Positions 1-11,380 of a DNA stretch of 64,000 nt are shown piece after piece. The translations under genes and the position numbers were made by a program. How positions within the stretch are numbered: the first letter of the stretch is position 1; each line of letters starts with the position of its first letter. The stretch lies in contig CAWCAG010000009.1 of the NCBI GenBank assembly GCA_963793425.1, positions 32,001 through 96,000 of the forward strand, in the 5' to 3' direction. Below the pieces are notes generated by a model that made no database searches, was not told the origin of the DNA, and saw only the letters and a list, made by a program, of their open reading frames with translations. This DNA is from an uncultured cyanobacterium (GTDB taxonomy: Bacteria; Cyanobacteriota; Cyanobacteriia; Cyanobacteriales; CAWCAG01).

Positions 1-119
1 AGTTGACTCCTTAAAGTGGTGCAAAAGAAATAAGTTAAACAGTTACAGTGGCAATTCTGTAGCACAATTTGTATCTCGAATAATAGTTTACTTGCACTAA
101 TTAACAAAATAGTTCCGAA

Positions 120-593
120 ATGACAAAACTTCGCTCTTTAATTATTGCCCTTGGGATCGCTTTATTTATGGTAGGGGCTTTTTTTGCTAATCAAGCAGAC
201 ATGGCAGCTATGCAAAGCAATTCTTCTGCTGCCGGTTTAACAGGGATGGAGAAATTGGCACAAAATTCAGTTCCCTATCAAAAAGCCTTAAACGACGGTA
301 AACCAACCCTATTGGAGTTTTATGCAGATTGGTGTACCACTTGCCAAGCTATGGCTCCTTTAATTAGTGATTTTCATCATCGCTACGGTGAAGAGATTGA
401 TTTTGTCACGATTAACATTGATGACCCCCAATGGCGAGGTTTAATTAAGGAATATCGTGTTACGGGTGTACCTCAATTTGAGTTTCTTGATTCTCAAAAA
501 GAAGTAACCAGAACACTTGTGGGTAGGGTTCCTGAGATGATTTTTAATGAGCAGCTATTAAGAATAATAGGAAGAGAAACTAATAAATCTTAA
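120..593 (+). CDS. Membrane-anchored/exported thioredoxin-family protein
   Basis: N-terminal hydrophobic segment; LLEFYADWCTTC CxxC motif; GVPQF cis-Pro loop. Confidence 0.85.
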   Translation: MTKLRSLIIALGIALFMVGAFFANQADMAAMQSNSSAAGLTGMEKLAQNSVPYQKALNDGKPTLLEFYADWCTTCQAMAPLISDFHHRYGEEIDFVTINIDDPQWRGLIKEYRVTGVPQFEFLDSQKEVTRTLVGRVPEMIFNEQLLRIIGRETNKS

Positions 594-1432
594 CTATGAA
601 AAGGTATTACTATTAAAGGGAACAAACTTACAATGATCCCAGCACAAATCCAGAAGTTGAATCCAGAAGGTAACTCTGAATTATTAATTAAGGCATCAAT
701 TCTTTCTTGTAAGCGATTTTTAGGAACTGGAGTACTAAAAGCAGCACTAAAGTTTTTTGACACCATTAAAGGGGAACTTATCACCGTTAATAGGGCTTCT
801 GCCAATATTAAAGGATCTACTTTTTGGGCTGCCCAACTATCGGCACGAATTTCTCGTAAGGTGAGGATTTCTTGCCATAATGCTTCTGTATTAGGTAACC
901 AAAAAGTGATTTTACGTAGCCATCCTAACCAGAAAAACCAAAAGGTATCTCGATAAAATAAATGAGCTTGTTCGTGGGTTAAAACAGCTTCTAAATGCTC
1001 TGGTGACAGAGATGCGATGAATCCTTTGCTCACCACTAATTGAGGCTGCCAAAAGCCAATTTGAGCGCAAAAAAGTAGAGGATTGTCAAGGAGTCGAACG
1101 GAGAATCCTGCTAATTGTTGGGTCGGATAATTATTAATTTCTCGCCTAAATTGACCTGCTTCTGTAGCTAATTTGACTGCGACTATAACGGCTAACAGCA
1201 GCCAACAGATGGTTATTAAGTAGCTAAACCAATCGGTGCTGAGTCCGATCATTTCCCCTTGAGGCCCCATAAAAAGTATGGCGATGCCACTCATCAAAAT
1301 TAAGAGGGGAGGTAAGAGAAAAAGTAGTAATGCTTGTTGCCAACGGGCTATCCAACTTCCTGCAACGGGAAACCAACTTAGTCTCAATAAATAAGCTAAA
1401 CTTACTACCCCAAGGATCATAATTAAGTGCAT
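590..1432 (-). CDS. petP: M56/BlaR1-like membrane zinc metalloprotease (PetP-like)
   Basis: HEQAH (HExxH) motif, REIRAD motif, N-terminal TM helices; downstream of a BlaI/CopY regulator as in the cyanobacterial petRP copper-switch operon. Confidence 0.7.
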   Translation of the reverse strand: MHLIMILGVVSLAYLLRLSWFPVAGSWIARWQQALLLFLLPPLLILMSGIAILFMGPQGEMIGLSTDWFSYLITICWLLLAVIVAVKLATEAGQFRREINNYPTQQLAGFSVRLLDNPLLFCAQIGFWQPQLVVSKGFIASLSPEHLEAVLTHEQAHLFYRDTFWFFWLGWLRKITFWLPNTEALWQEILTLREIRADSWAAQKVDPLILAEALLTVISSPLMVSKNFSAAFSTPVPKNRLQERIDALINNSELPSGFNFWICAGIIVSLFPLIVIPFHS

Positions 1433-1497
1433 TTATCCTTTCCCCCATCTCCTTAAATTTCTACTTCTACTGGTGTGACCCAGCTAAGATTCTGTGT

Positions 1498-1557
1498 TAG
1501 GGCGGGTTTATTGGATTTAATGTCAATCTCACGATTTGACTCAAAAACCGCCCCTAC
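1498..1557. repeat. GTAG-type REP-like inverted repeat
   Basis: TAGGGCGGGTTT...AAAACCGCCCCTAC inverted arms; the CTAC end overlaps the TAG stop of the upstream regulator. Confidence 0.55.
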
Positions 1558-1979
1558 TCTCCGTCACTTTCCCGAACCTGGCGGGCTTTTTGAATGCGCT
1601 GGGCAATAGCAGCAATCTGTTCTACGCTAGCTTTATCCAGGCTATCAGCAAAGGCAGCCACCACATCAGGGTTGCCTACCTCTAAGAAGCGATTAAGTTG
1701 GTCATGGGCTTGAATTACTTCAGCTTCTTGGCGAGAGATGCGGGGTTGCCAACAAAAAGCTCTTTCTTCTCGGTCACAAGCTAACCAACCTTTTTCAGTG
1801 AGACGACGCAATACTGTCGTAACCGAAGTATAAGCTAATTCTCGATTAGGATCTTCTAAGATGCGATCGCGGACTTCTTTAACACTAGCGGATTTTAATT
1901 CCCAAACGATTTCTAAAACTTCTCTTTCTAAAGGCCCAAGAGAGATTTTTTTGGGGCGATAATCAGGCAAAGGACTCAT
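1554..1979 (-). CDS. petR: BlaI/MecI/CopY-family transcriptional repressor (PetR-like)
   Basis: LGPLEREVLEIVW...LAYTSVTTVLRRLTEKGWL winged-HTH signature; paired with an M56 protease. Confidence 0.75.
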   Translation of the reverse strand: MSPLPDYRPKKISLGPLEREVLEIVWELKSASVKEVRDRILEDPNRELAYTSVTTVLRRLTEKGWLACDREERAFCWQPRISRQEAEVIQAHDQLNRFLEVGNPDVVAAFADSLDKASVEQIAAIAQRIQKARQVRESDGE

Positions 1980-2024
1980 AAAATTACAAATGGTAAATGT
2001 TTAATGATAAATGTTTAATGTTGA

Positions 2025-3647
2025 TTACCAAAACCCTCGCTTACCGCTGGGTAAAACAGTATTCCAGTTAGTTTTAGCTTGGGATAATTGTTCTTCGGTT
2101 ACTTTCGCATTACTAAGGTCTGCCCCTGATAAATTTGCTCCTTTTAAGTTAGCGTTACTAAGATGGGCATTACTAAGATCAGCCCCCCGTAAGTCCGCAT
2201 TTCCTAAATTGGCATAATTGAAGTAAGCCCGACATAAAATAGCATCTTTTAAAATCGCGTTAGTTAAGTTAGCCTTACCAAAATTAGTATTAGCTAAATC
2301 AGCCCCCTGTAGATTAGCCCTGGTTAACCGAGATTCATTAAAGTGGCTATCACAAAGACTTGTTTGTTGTAAGTCTATGCCGCTTAAATTTTGGCTGGTA
2401 AAATCCCTTCTACCTTTTTTGTAACCTTCCAGTAGAGAATTTTTATCTAATCTGGTTAGGTTTTTCCTCCGTCCAGAAGAACTAAGCTGCCCACTGGCCA
2501 TTCTCCCGGAAGTGCTATTCATTCCTCCTATAGAGTTCCCTGCTGCTGTATCTTGTTGTTTCAGCCGTTCTCTCCGGGCGCGAATTTTTTCGGCCATAGA
2601 ACTAACTCTTTTAGATGAAGAGGATGGTAAAGTATCAGCAGTATTACTAGCTCGATTAAAATTATTGGGTAAGTTAAAAGTATCTGTTTGACCTTTTTTT
2701 GGGGTGTTAACTTTAGTAACTAAACTTTCTGCTAACCCCTCTAAATAAGGTTCTAAATCCAAAGCCCGTAGCACATCATCAGTTTTTTGGTAACGATGCC
2801 GTACCCCCACCTCGAGCATTTTACCGAGTACTTGAGCTAAATGATCACTGATATCAACGTATTTGCGCCAAACCATTTCTCCTGTTGCTGGGTTATAGTC
2901 CAAGTCTTTAGGGGCTTTCCCGGTGAGCAGATAAATACTAGTTACCCCAATGGCGTAGATATCACTGGCATAAACTGGTCGCATAGCCATTTGTTCTGGG
3001 GGGGCAAAACCTGGAGTCCCGATGGCAAATTGAGTAAAAGCAGTTTGATCCGCAGAATCGGAGGTTTGTTCTGGGGTGATCTGATTTTTAACGGCTCCAA
3101 AGTCAATGAGTACTAATTTCTTATCTTGTTCCCGGCGAATTAGGTTAGCGGGTTTGATGTCTCGGTGAATCACTTTTTGGGAGTGAATGTACTGAATCAT
3201 CGGCATGATTTCACTGAGAAATTGCTTCACTCCTGCTTCGGTGAGGGGACCGTTGCGCTTAATTTCTTGCTGGAGGTTATTGCCTTTGACGTATTCTTGG
3301 ACTAAATAAAAATTCTCATTTTCCTCAAAATAGTCTAGTAATCTCGGTACTTGAGGATGATTACCAATGCGACCTAATGTTTCTGCTTCTCGTTCAAATA
3401 ACTCCCGGGCCATTTGTAAAATATGAGGAGAACTACTAGAAGGGCGTAGTTGTTTAATCACACAACTCGGCTTTCCTGGGAGAGATAGATCGCGGGCTAA
3501 AAAAGTTGCTCCAAATCCTCCTTGTCCAAGGCATAGTAGCCCTAAATAGCGGCTCTTCAGCAGTAAAGAGGAACCACAAGATTTACAGGATTTAACTGAG
3601 TCTGGATTTTTGGGCTGAGGACAGGCAGGATTAAGGCAGTAGCTCAT
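2025..3647 (-). CDS. spkB: Ser/Thr protein kinase with C-terminal pentapeptide repeats (SpkB-like)
   Basis: N-terminal CLNPAC zinc ribbon, LGQGGFG, HRDIKPAN, DFG, GTPGFAPPE; A(D/N)LxG pentapeptides at the C-terminus. Confidence 0.8.
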   Translation of the reverse strand: MSYCLNPACPQPKNPDSVKSCKSCGSSLLLKSRYLGLLCLGQGGFGATFLARDLSLPGKPSCVIKQLRPSSSSPHILQMARELFEREAETLGRIGNHPQVPRLLDYFEENENFYLVQEYVKGNNLQQEIKRNGPLTEAGVKQFLSEIMPMIQYIHSQKVIHRDIKPANLIRREQDKKLVLIDFGAVKNQITPEQTSDSADQTAFTQFAIGTPGFAPPEQMAMRPVYASDIYAIGVTSIYLLTGKAPKDLDYNPATGEMVWRKYVDISDHLAQVLGKMLEVGVRHRYQKTDDVLRALDLEPYLEGLAESLVTKVNTPKKGQTDTFNLPNNFNRASNTADTLPSSSSKRVSSMAEKIRARRERLKQQDTAAGNSIGGMNSTSGRMASGQLSSSGRRKNLTRLDKNSLLEGYKKGRRDFTSQNLSGIDLQQTSLCDSHFNESRLTRANLQGADLANTNFGKANLTNAILKDAILCRAYFNYANLGNADLRGADLSNAHLSNANLKGANLSGADLSNAKVTEEQLSQAKTNWNTVLPSGKRGFW

Positions 3648-4174
3648 TCAGCGTCACCGATGTTGCGTTGTCTGGGCTAGGACTAGTAAGTAGTTTGTCA
3701 ATTTTCCATTGACGGGTTAGAGAAACAGGGCAGGGGGAAAGTAATCTCTAAATCTAATCCGGACATAGTGCTAGCTGTCATCCGAGAATTCGGTGTGACA
3801 AATACACAGTTTTTAGTAGATATATTTTCAGTGTAAACCTTTGGCATACTCTCCTGCCAACAATTTGAAGTAAATTTGCTCAGCATCAAGAGTATTACTT
3901 GTAGTTTCACCCAACGACGGAGTTAAACACCCTGTTTATTGTTGGTGACGAATCACCAAATTTCCCTTGCCCACTTAGGATATCTTATTTTTCTTAATTC
4001 AAACTTGCTTAAGACTACTTTTTTTTAAAGAGTTCCCCTGATATATTCATTTTGCCCAAAATTAGCCTTGGAGTTTTCGGTAACTACCAAAATCAATTTG
4101 AGGGAGGCTCTATTGGGCGAGACTAGCTTAAGATAAAATACACAGCAGTGATAGTAGGTAGAAGCTAGTAGTAA

Positions 4175-6607
4175 ATGCGTATCTCTTTAAACTGGCTGCG
4201 GGAATTAGTAGACGTTAATCTTTCCCCAGAAGAATTGGCCAAAACCCTAACAATAGCAGGTTTTGAGGTAGAAGAAATCGAAGATCGCCATACTTTGGCC
4301 GCTGGAGTGGTGGTGGGTAAGGTGGTTGAATGTCAGCCCCACCCAAATGCTGATAAGTTAAGTGTTTGTCAAGTTGATATTGGCGAAAAAGAGCTTTCTC
4401 AAATTGTCTGTGGGGCTGCTAATGTCAAGGTGGATATTTATGTTCCTGTGGCTACGGTAGGAGCCTATTTACCCGCAGTAGAGATTAAAATCAAGGCAGC
4501 AAAATTACGGGGAGAGCGTTCAGCAGGGATGATTTGTTCTTTAGCTGAACTAGGTTTAGCCAAAGAATCTGAAGGGATTTATATTTTTCCTGGGGAAGAT
4601 TTAGTGCCAGGAAAGGAAGTAGCCCCTTTATTGGGATTAAACGATCTTGTTTTGGATTTGGCCACCACAGCTAACCGTGCGGATGCTTTGAGTATGGTAG
4701 GAGTAGCGCGGGAAGTTGCCGCTTTAACTGGGGGTAAGGTAAAGTTGCCCCCATCTCCAGAGTTAGAAGTTAGTAGCCAGGATGGCCTCAAATTAGATAT
4801 TGCTGATGCCAAAGCTTGCCCAGCTTATATTGGTACGGTAATTAAAAACTTACAAATTGCTCCTTCCCCAGAATGGTTAAAGTGGCGTTTAGAGGCTGCT
4901 GGAGTCCGACCAATTAATAATATTGTTGATATTACCAATTATGTGCTTTTAGAATGGGGACAGCCCCTCCATGCTTTTGATCTTCAGCGTTTACAAGCTG
5001 TAGCTGGGGGCAATAATTTAATTATGGGGGTCGGCTTTTCTGCTCCAGGAGAATCATTAAAAACCTTAGATGGTCAAGAGCGTCAGTTAAAATCCTCTAA
5101 CCTCCTCATTCAGGCCAATGGTAAACCTATTGCCTTAGCAGGGGTGATGGGGGGAGAAGCAACAGAAGTTCATGAAGAAACCCAAGAGATCCTCCTCGAA
5201 GCCGCCCTTTTTGACCCCGTAGTTATTCGTCGCTCCTCCCGGAGCCAGAATTTGCGTACAGAAGCCTCTTCCCGCTACGAACGCAGCGTTAACCAAGCAG
5301 AGCTAGCAGTAGCTTGTAATCGGGGGATCGCTCTGTTACAAGAGCTTGCTGGAGGCAATGTGGTTAAGCAAGCAATTGCCGATGCCAGACCAGATCCTAG
5401 TAGTTGGAGTCGTTCTATTGAGTTACGCTTAAGCAGAATTAATCAGATTTTGGGTCAAGTTAAGCAAGGAGATGGTACAGGTTACATCACCCAAGAAGAT
5501 GTGGAAAAAATTCTCACTGCTTTGGGATGCCAATTAACTAGTACAGATTCCCAAACTTGGACGGTTAAAGTCCCTCCTTACCGCTACCGAGATTTAGAGC
5601 GAGAAATTGATCTAATTGAAGAAGTTGCTCGTCTTTACGGTTATGATCATTTCTGCGATACCTTACCCAGCAAAACTCAACCGGGATATCTTCCTAGTAG
5701 TGAAAAAGTTAAACGCAAAGTTCGTCGGGCTTTCCAAGCCGTAGGTTTAACAGAAGTTGTACATTACTCCTTAGTTAAACCGGAAGGAGAAGAAGTGGTT
5801 TTAGATAACCCCTTATTCAGTGAGTATTCATCTCTGCGTACAGATTTACTCGGTGGTTTAATCAATGCCTTTCAATACAACTACTCACGGGGTAATGGTT
5901 CCCTGAATGCCTTTGAATTTGGGCGAATTTTCTGGCGTGGTGAAGAGGGCTTAGGAGAAGCTGATTCTGTAGCGGGGATTTTGGGAGGAGATTTTTATCC
6001 CCAAGGACGTTGGCTTAAAGGCGGTAAATCTGTTCCCATAACTTGGTTTGAGGCGAAAGGTTGCTTAGAAAGTGCTTTTGCTTTGTTAGGTTTGCAGGTA
6101 GAGTACCAACCTAGTAACCAAGATGAAAGATTACATCCGGGCCGTACTGCTTCTCTGTGGATAAGTGGTAAACGTTTAGGAACTTTTGGTCAAATCCATC
6201 CTCAACTAAGGAAAGAAAAGGATTTACCTGATGAAGTTTACATCTTTATTCTTTCTGCCCCAGTACTTTTAGAAACTTTGGAACCCCAAGAAACCAAAAG
6301 TAACAAGTTTCAACCATTTTCTACCTATCCGGCAGCGGAAAGAGATATTGCCTTTTTTGCTTCTGTAGAGACTTCTGTCGCCCAATTAGTTCAAGGTATG
6401 AAAAAAGCCGGGGGAAAACTCCTCAACAAAGTGGAATTGTTTGATGAGTATCAAGGAGAAAATGTTCCTGAAGGAGAGCGTAGCTTGGCTTTCAGCCTTG
6501 CCTACAGAGCTAGCGATCGCACTTTAACAGAGCAAGATATTGAACCTGTACATCAAAAAGTTAGAGAGGCTTTGACAGATAAGTTTAGGGTAACTTTAAG
6601 GAGTTGA
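4175..6607 (+). CDS. pheT: Phenylalanine-tRNA ligase beta subunit
   Basis: [12 protein letters not shown] start, HPNADKL tRNA-binding OB fold, B3/B4 and B5 domains, FDX-ACB C-terminus (SLAFSLAYR). Confidence 0.97.
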   Translation: MRISLNWLRELVDVNLSPEELAKTLTIAGFEVEEIEDRHTLAAGVVVGKVVECQPHPNADKLSVCQVDIGEKELSQIVCGAANVKVDIYVPVATVGAYLPAVEIKIKAAKLRGERSAGMICSLAELGLAKESEGIYIFPGEDLVPGKEVAPLLGLNDLVLDLATTANRADALSMVGVAREVAALTGGKVKLPPSPELEVSSQDGLKLDIADAKACPAYIGTVIKNLQIAPSPEWLKWRLEAAGVRPINNIVDITNYVLLEWGQPLHAFDLQRLQAVAGGNNLIMGVGFSAPGESLKTLDGQERQLKSSNLLIQANGKPIALAGVMGGEATEVHEETQEILLEAALFDPVVIRRSSRSQNLRTEASSRYERSVNQAELAVACNRGIALLQELAGGNVVKQAIADARPDPSSWSRSIELRLSRINQILGQVKQGDGTGYITQEDVEKILTALGCQLTSTDSQTWTVKVPPYRYRDLEREIDLIEEVARLYGYDHFCDTLPSKTQPGYLPSSEKVKRKVRRAFQAVGLTEVVHYSLVKPEGEEVVLDNPLFSEYSSLRTDLLGGLINAFQYNYSRGNGSLNAFEFGRIFWRGEEGLGEADSVAGILGGDFYPQGRWLKGGKSVPITWFEAKGCLESAFALLGLQVEYQPSNQDERLHPGRTASLWISGKRLGTFGQIHPQLRKEKDLPDEVYIFILSAPVLLETLEPQETKSNKFQPFSTYPAAERDIAFFASVETSVAQLVQGMKKAGGKLLNKVELFDEYQGENVPEGERSLAFSLAYRASDRTLTEQDIEPVHQKVREALTDKFRVTLRS

Positions 6608-6637
6608 TTAAAACTTAATTTCCTAATCTTTGAAAGA

Positions 6638-7060
6638 ATGAACTTTATGGAAAACTTACTTTCTAAACGCCTCAAAGTAGCGCTGTTATGTGGTGCAATC
6701 ACAACAGCTATTGTATTACTATACAACTTTGATCCTGCTGCACCAGACACTTTTTTCCCCGCCAGCCCTTTCCGAAGTTTAACAAATTTGTATTGCCCAG
6801 GCTGTGGAACAACACGCGGTTTACATCAAATTTTACATGGTAACATCTTAGCGGCTTTGGATTTGAATCCTTTAATGGTTCTATTCCTGCCGTACTTAAT
6901 TTATGCCTTCTGTGCCTACAGCGCCCCAGTTATTACCAGTTATAGGTTGCCTCAACCTTATGTTAAAGGTAAATGGATTTGGGGTTTGTTAGTTATTGTT
7001 TTAGCCTATTGGGTATTAAGAAATTTGCCGATGTGGCCTTTTTCTTGGTTAGCGCCGTAA
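6638..7060 (+). CDS. DUF2752-family membrane protein
   Basis: PFRSLTNLYCPGCGTTRGLHQILHG motif, TM helices, C-terminal VLRNLP. Confidence 0.8.
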   Translation: MNFMENLLSKRLKVALLCGAITTAIVLLYNFDPAAPDTFFPASPFRSLTNLYCPGCGTTRGLHQILHGNILAALDLNPLMVLFLPYLIYAFCAYSAPVITSYRLPQPYVKGKWIWGLLVIVLAYWVLRNLPMWPFSWLAP

Positions 7061-7068
7061 TTCAATGA

Positions 7069-7383
7069 TCAATCATCCAAGATCCATTCTGACTCTCGCT
7101 CTCCTAAATCTAATGGTAAACTAATAGCCTTGCCTAAACGAGGGCGATCGCGGGCTTTGGTGATGAAAGCTTGTACTTGAGATACTCCACCCCAAGCATT
7201 AAGATAAGCAGACACTGTATCAAGATGAGCCAAATATTCTGCTTCAGAAAGAGGAAAAGAGGCTTGTTCTAAATATTTCCACATTACTTGGAAAAAAATC
7301 TTTCCTCTAATACGCCGTAGCTGGACATCATAAGAACGTCCCCATTTACTAAGTAATAGTTGCTGCAATTGTTCGCCAGTCAT
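7069..7383 (-). CDS. DUF3067-family protein
   Basis: KWGRSYDVQL...QVMWKYLEQASFPLSE conserved cyanobacterial/plastid motif. Confidence 0.8.
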   Translation of the reverse strand: MTGEQLQQLLLSKWGRSYDVQLRRIRGKIFFQVMWKYLEQASFPLSEAEYLAHLDTVSAYLNAWGGVSQVQAFITKARDRPRLGKAISLPLDLGERESEWILDD

Positions 7384-7455
7384 GGAATGATTACTTTTTT
7401 TCTGTCCTTGTGCTTTGCCCTCTTCTCCTACCTTAACTTGGTTTTAATTAAGAGA

Positions 7456-8055
7456 TCATCTGGCGCGAAGTTCGGTTTCGACAAGATCCAAATCTTCTTT
7501 CAGGAAAACAGTCATTTTCCCGGTAAAAGTTCTGCCGCGATGTTCCCCCGCCATTTCTTCCACCATCTCTAACCAATAAGCATAGCGATCCCCTAAGCGT
7601 AATTCTCCTTTAGTAGCGGCGAGGAGAGGTAAATTTTTGCGCCTAGCGATTTCCTCCATTTCTCTGGTGGGGTAGGCGTAGATGATGCGAGCATTAGTAT
7701 AATCTTGGTAAATGCTGACATCGTAAATTACTCGTAAAGATTCCTCTAACCGATCTCGGTTTACACCATTAACCCGGTCATAAAAAGAAAATTGTTCAGC
7801 ACGGATCAAGTTTTTGTTAGCTTGGTATGATCCTAAAGGGGGAATAACAGAAGCATGAAACTCGAAGCTTTGGAAGGCAGTATTATTCCTGCGTACAGTT
7901 AAGCCATCTCCTACGGTAGGTCGTAAACTACTATTACCATTAATCCAAGCTACCACAGTTGACTTTTTCTGACCGGGTAAAGCTTGTGCCGAAACTGCGC
8001 CTAAGCTCAAAATCACTCCAACAGATAGAAGTAGTTTGAGAGAATACTTAAACAC
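7456..8055 (-). CDS. Conserved exported hypothetical protein
   Basis: Signal peptide ending AQA-LPGQ; 199-aa ORF. Confidence 0.65.
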   Translation of the reverse strand: MFKYSLKLLLSVGVILSLGAVSAQALPGQKKSTVVAWINGNSSLRPTVGDGLTVRRNNTAFQSFEFHASVIPPLGSYQANKNLIRAEQFSFYDRVNGVNRDRLEESLRVIYDVSIYQDYTNARIIYAYPTREMEEIARRKNLPLLAATKGELRLGDRYAYWLEMVEEMAGEHRGRTFTGKMTVFLKEDLDLVETELRAR

Positions 8056-8112
8056 GGTTGTCCTCCTTTGCTAATTTTAAATGGGTGTTTTCTATGATTC
8101 CCATTCAGAGGG

Positions 8113-10539
8113 TTAATTGTTATCGACTAAGGGATAAAGATTTTGCCAAGCACGAAAAATATTACCCTGCATGAGGGCGGCAATGCCATTAATGGCCTGA
8201 AATTCTTGAGAATCAGGATTTTGTTGTAAAGCTGGTTGAATAGCTTTTTGGGCAGTGCGGGGATGGAAGTCGTAGAGGTTGACAAAAGCTAAGTAAGCGT
8301 GGGGATAAGGATTTTGAGAATCGAGGGCAATAATTTGTTGTAAAGCTTCCTTCGTTCCCTGTACATCCCGTTGCAAAGCCCTTGCTAAAGCTAAGCCATA
8401 GCCCCAGTTGAGGTTTTTTCTTTGCTGCAATCTATACACTAAAGCAGTCTCAGCTTGTGCCAGGTAATCTTGGGTGGGGTCGTATTGATTGATTCGACCT
8501 GTTTGGGCAAAAATTGGTTCTAAGCCTGTTATACCTTCACTTAAGCCAGGGGCAATGTTACGCAACTGAGTGACTAAATCTAACTCCGGGGCGGGTATAG
8601 CTGCTACTTGAGGGTTGATTTTGATGGTTACTTCCGGCACTACTAGAGGGTAGCTTTCCCCCGTTTTACGGTTAAGGTAAGTTGCTTGGAGTTGATATTC
8701 TCCCGGCTGTAATTCTATTTCCGGCAGCATTGCAGTACGTTCAGTAACCTGGAAGCTATCCTGGAAATCTTCAAGGTGCAATTGCCCCAAACCAATACCA
8801 TGATCATGGAACCAAGAAGTATTTGCACCCACATTCTCCCGATGTTGCCAAGTTAACACTACCAAACCAGCTTGTAATTCCGGACTGGGGCCAGTCCATT
8901 GATAGGTAACGGGGATGGGTTGCCCTGGGGGTGCTTGTGAGGGAATATTGATACTAGCTAGTTTAACTTGGGTTCCTTTGTTGGGGAGAGATTGCACAGC
9001 AACGGCAGGAAGCTTTTTACGGTAAAGTTTGAGAAGGGTATTATCAGGTAAAGTCCAAGTTTTAGCAGAAAAGAAATCTTGCCCTGACTCCACTCTTTGT
9101 ACCATTTGAGTTTGGGAAGGGGGGACACTTCCTAAGTCCCCAGTTTTGGTAACAAACCAATCAAAGGCGCGGGCATCAGTAGCAATAAATTCTTCTTTTC
9201 CTGAGACTTCCCGTCCATAAACTTGGAAGTTTGTCAATGCACCGTAGTAATTGAAATTGTGGTTGTTAAGTTGCGGGGTACTCATCAACACCCCCAGGTT
9301 GGTTTGCAAGTGAGGAGTTGTGCGGTTAATTTTGGCAATTACTTCTTCATGGGGCCAAGTTGCACCTAAATAGGGATGATATTGGGCATTGGGGCTTAAA
9401 AGCTGAGTTATGTATGTTCCTATGCCACTACTCACAGGAAAGAGATTTAAACACATCAGCAAAAAGCTTAAACCCATTGTTCCCCAAGCCACCCCTCGCC
9501 ACCGTTTGGGATACAAAGTTAAACCATAACCCAGTACCACAGCCAAAACTGGGTAAGCAACCATGACATAGCGAGTATCTTTGTTGACGATGGCGGAATT
9601 GATTAAATAGGCAGGGATAAAGAAGATGAGTAGCCAACGCAAGGTTGAAGTTTGAGGCAATTTGCGCCACCAACGGGGTAAATAAAGCAGGAAACCGACT
9701 ATGGGAACTAATAGTAAAGGAAAAGTGAAAGCAACAGGGAGAGTTTGTAAATAATGAGTCCAAGCCGCTAAGGTATTGAGGGGAGGATCTCCTTCTGCCA
9801 TTGCCCCGCCGACAATGCCCCTTTCATAACTACTAATAGCAAAAAGCCAATTGGTACGATACCAAGGGCCACAAATAAGTAAAGTAAGTAACAAAGCTGT
9901 AATTAATTGGGCGATCGCCTGCCATTTTCTTTGCCAAATCATTGTTGCACCTATCCACAAAAGTGGGAAGCAGAAAAAGATTAAGATTGTTGGTTTAGCT
10001 AACATTGCTAAGCCAAAGCAAAAGCCAAAACCCAATGCCCAATACCAACTCTTTCCCCTGTGCCAAATTGTCAGAGAAGTAAAGCTAGCTGCCCCCATCG
10101 CAATTAAGGAATAATCTACTAGATAATTAAGGCGGAGAATATAAAAAGCTGGCAACAAAACACAAATGCCTGCCCCCCAAAGTCCCGCCTGACTGTTAAA
10201 AAGTTCCTTACCTAACAAATAAACAGAAGTAAGTAAAATCCCACTAAAAAAAAGATTAACCAACAAAGCATTATCAGGACTGCTACCAAAAACTTGTTGC
10301 CAAGGGGCCGTACTAACATAAGTTAAGGGAGGATACTTTTTAGAAAGCATCCACAAACTTTGCCACCAAGTTCCAGATAATAATTGAGCATTTTGTAGAG
10401 CGTTTAAATAATTGAGTGAACCCGTAAGATGGTTACCTTGATCCCAAGCTGGCACACTTTTATCTAATGCTAACCACAGGCGATCGCGCAATACAGCTAT
10501 TAACCAAATAGCAACGAGAATACATTTATCATTAAACAT
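8113..10539 (-). CDS. Membrane glycosyltransferase (GT39/PMT-ArnT-like) with C-terminal TPR-like region
   Basis: PAWDQGNHL, KYPPL, multiple TM helices, NKDTRY motif. Confidence 0.75.
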   Translation of the reverse strand: MFNDKCILVAIWLIAVLRDRLWLALDKSVPAWDQGNHLTGSLNYLNALQNAQLLSGTWWQSLWMLSKKYPPLTYVSTAPWQQVFGSSPDNALLVNLFFSGILLTSVYLLGKELFNSQAGLWGAGICVLLPAFYILRLNYLVDYSLIAMGAASFTSLTIWHRGKSWYWALGFGFCFGLAMLAKPTILIFFCFPLLWIGATMIWQRKWQAIAQLITALLLTLLICGPWYRTNWLFAISSYERGIVGGAMAEGDPPLNTLAAWTHYLQTLPVAFTFPLLLVPIVGFLLYLPRWWRKLPQTSTLRWLLIFFIPAYLINSAIVNKDTRYVMVAYPVLAVVLGYGLTLYPKRWRGVAWGTMGLSFLLMCLNLFPVSSGIGTYITQLLSPNAQYHPYLGATWPHEEVIAKINRTTPHLQTNLGVLMSTPQLNNHNFNYYGALTNFQVYGREVSGKEEFIATDARAFDWFVTKTGDLGSVPPSQTQMVQRVESGQDFFSAKTWTLPDNTLLKLYRKKLPAVAVQSLPNKGTQVKLASINIPSQAPPGQPIPVTYQWTGPSPELQAGLVVLTWQHRENVGANTSWFHDHGIGLGQLHLEDFQDSFQVTERTAMLPEIELQPGEYQLQATYLNRKTGESYPLVVPEVTIKINPQVAAIPAPELDLVTQLRNIAPGLSEGITGLEPIFAQTGRINQYDPTQDYLAQAETALVYRLQQRKNLNWGYGLALARALQRDVQGTKEALQQIIALDSQNPYPHAYLAFVNLYDFHPRTAQKAIQPALQQNPDSQEFQAINGIAALMQGNIFRAWQNLYPLVDNN

Positions 10540-10544
10540 TAAAC

Positions 10545-11380
10545 GGTTCTACCGAACATAGGATGTAAGATTAGTAGTTGAAGTGCCAAGTCAAAATGCT
10601 CCTCAGAGAGAAGTTTTTAAAGTTCCTGAATCCGTAACCTCTCCTTTTAATCAACTTCAACTTGTTATTAATTCCTTCCACTACTCCTTGAGTTGTACGG
10701 GAGTCAAAGTAGGCTATAATCTCTCCCATCCAACGCCTTATTGTCCCACAACTTTTTGGGAAATACGAGTAAGCTTGAGCGCACCAATTAGCTATTTCTA
10801 ATAATCCTTCACTCCAGTCTTGGCTCTGTTCAAATATAGTTCTAAATTCCTCTTTTAATCTGTGCATTTTACCCAGAAGAGGTGAGACTTTATTGACTTG
10901 GTTCAATTTAATCTTTTGCTCTTCGCTCAAGTCTAATTCATTAAATTTCTTGCCACATTGCGAGCATCTCATTTGGCGATGATTAATTTTGAGATACACT
11001 GGTTGAGTTGCCCAAGGTAAATCTCTAATCGTTAGCTGATTATTCTGATGGAGTTTTTCAGTTATTGCACCGCAGTTAGTGCAGGTAGCTTTTTTCTCTA
11101 TTTTTTCTATGTGTAAGACTATGCCTATACTCTCTATACACTGATAATGTTTAACGGTAACTCCTTCTAATTGAAGTAAGTTTGTCATGAGGTTTAGTTG
11201 AGGATTCGATGGCATTTGTATAAGTTAAGTCTAAATAGTAGTTTTATTTTTACTATCATTTAATCTTTGAAAGAGCTATAATGCAAGCTGGATAAACTTT
11301 ATAGACATAAAACTATATATTTAAAGCCTGAGTATCTATTTTCTTGTTTTTTGCTTTCACATTGCAAGTTCGATAGAACC
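10545..11380 (-). mobile_element. ISL3-family insertion sequence, internally deleted (836 bp)
   Basis: Terminal inverted repeats GGTTCTACCGAAC (10545-10557) and GTTCGATAGAACC (11368-11380) enclose a transposase ORF. Confidence 0.85.
10571..11215 (-). pseudogene. ISL3 transposase with in-frame central deletion
   Basis: zf-ISL3 (CTNCG...IRDLPW...CSQCG) joined directly to the C-terminal part ([26 protein letters not shown]); 214 aa versus roughly 400 aa for intact ISL3 transposases. Confidence 0.8.

Noticed and set aside
3698..3910. 70-aa ORF upstream of the kinase
   Set aside because: Non-ATG start and no recognisable features; probably promoter or UTR sequence
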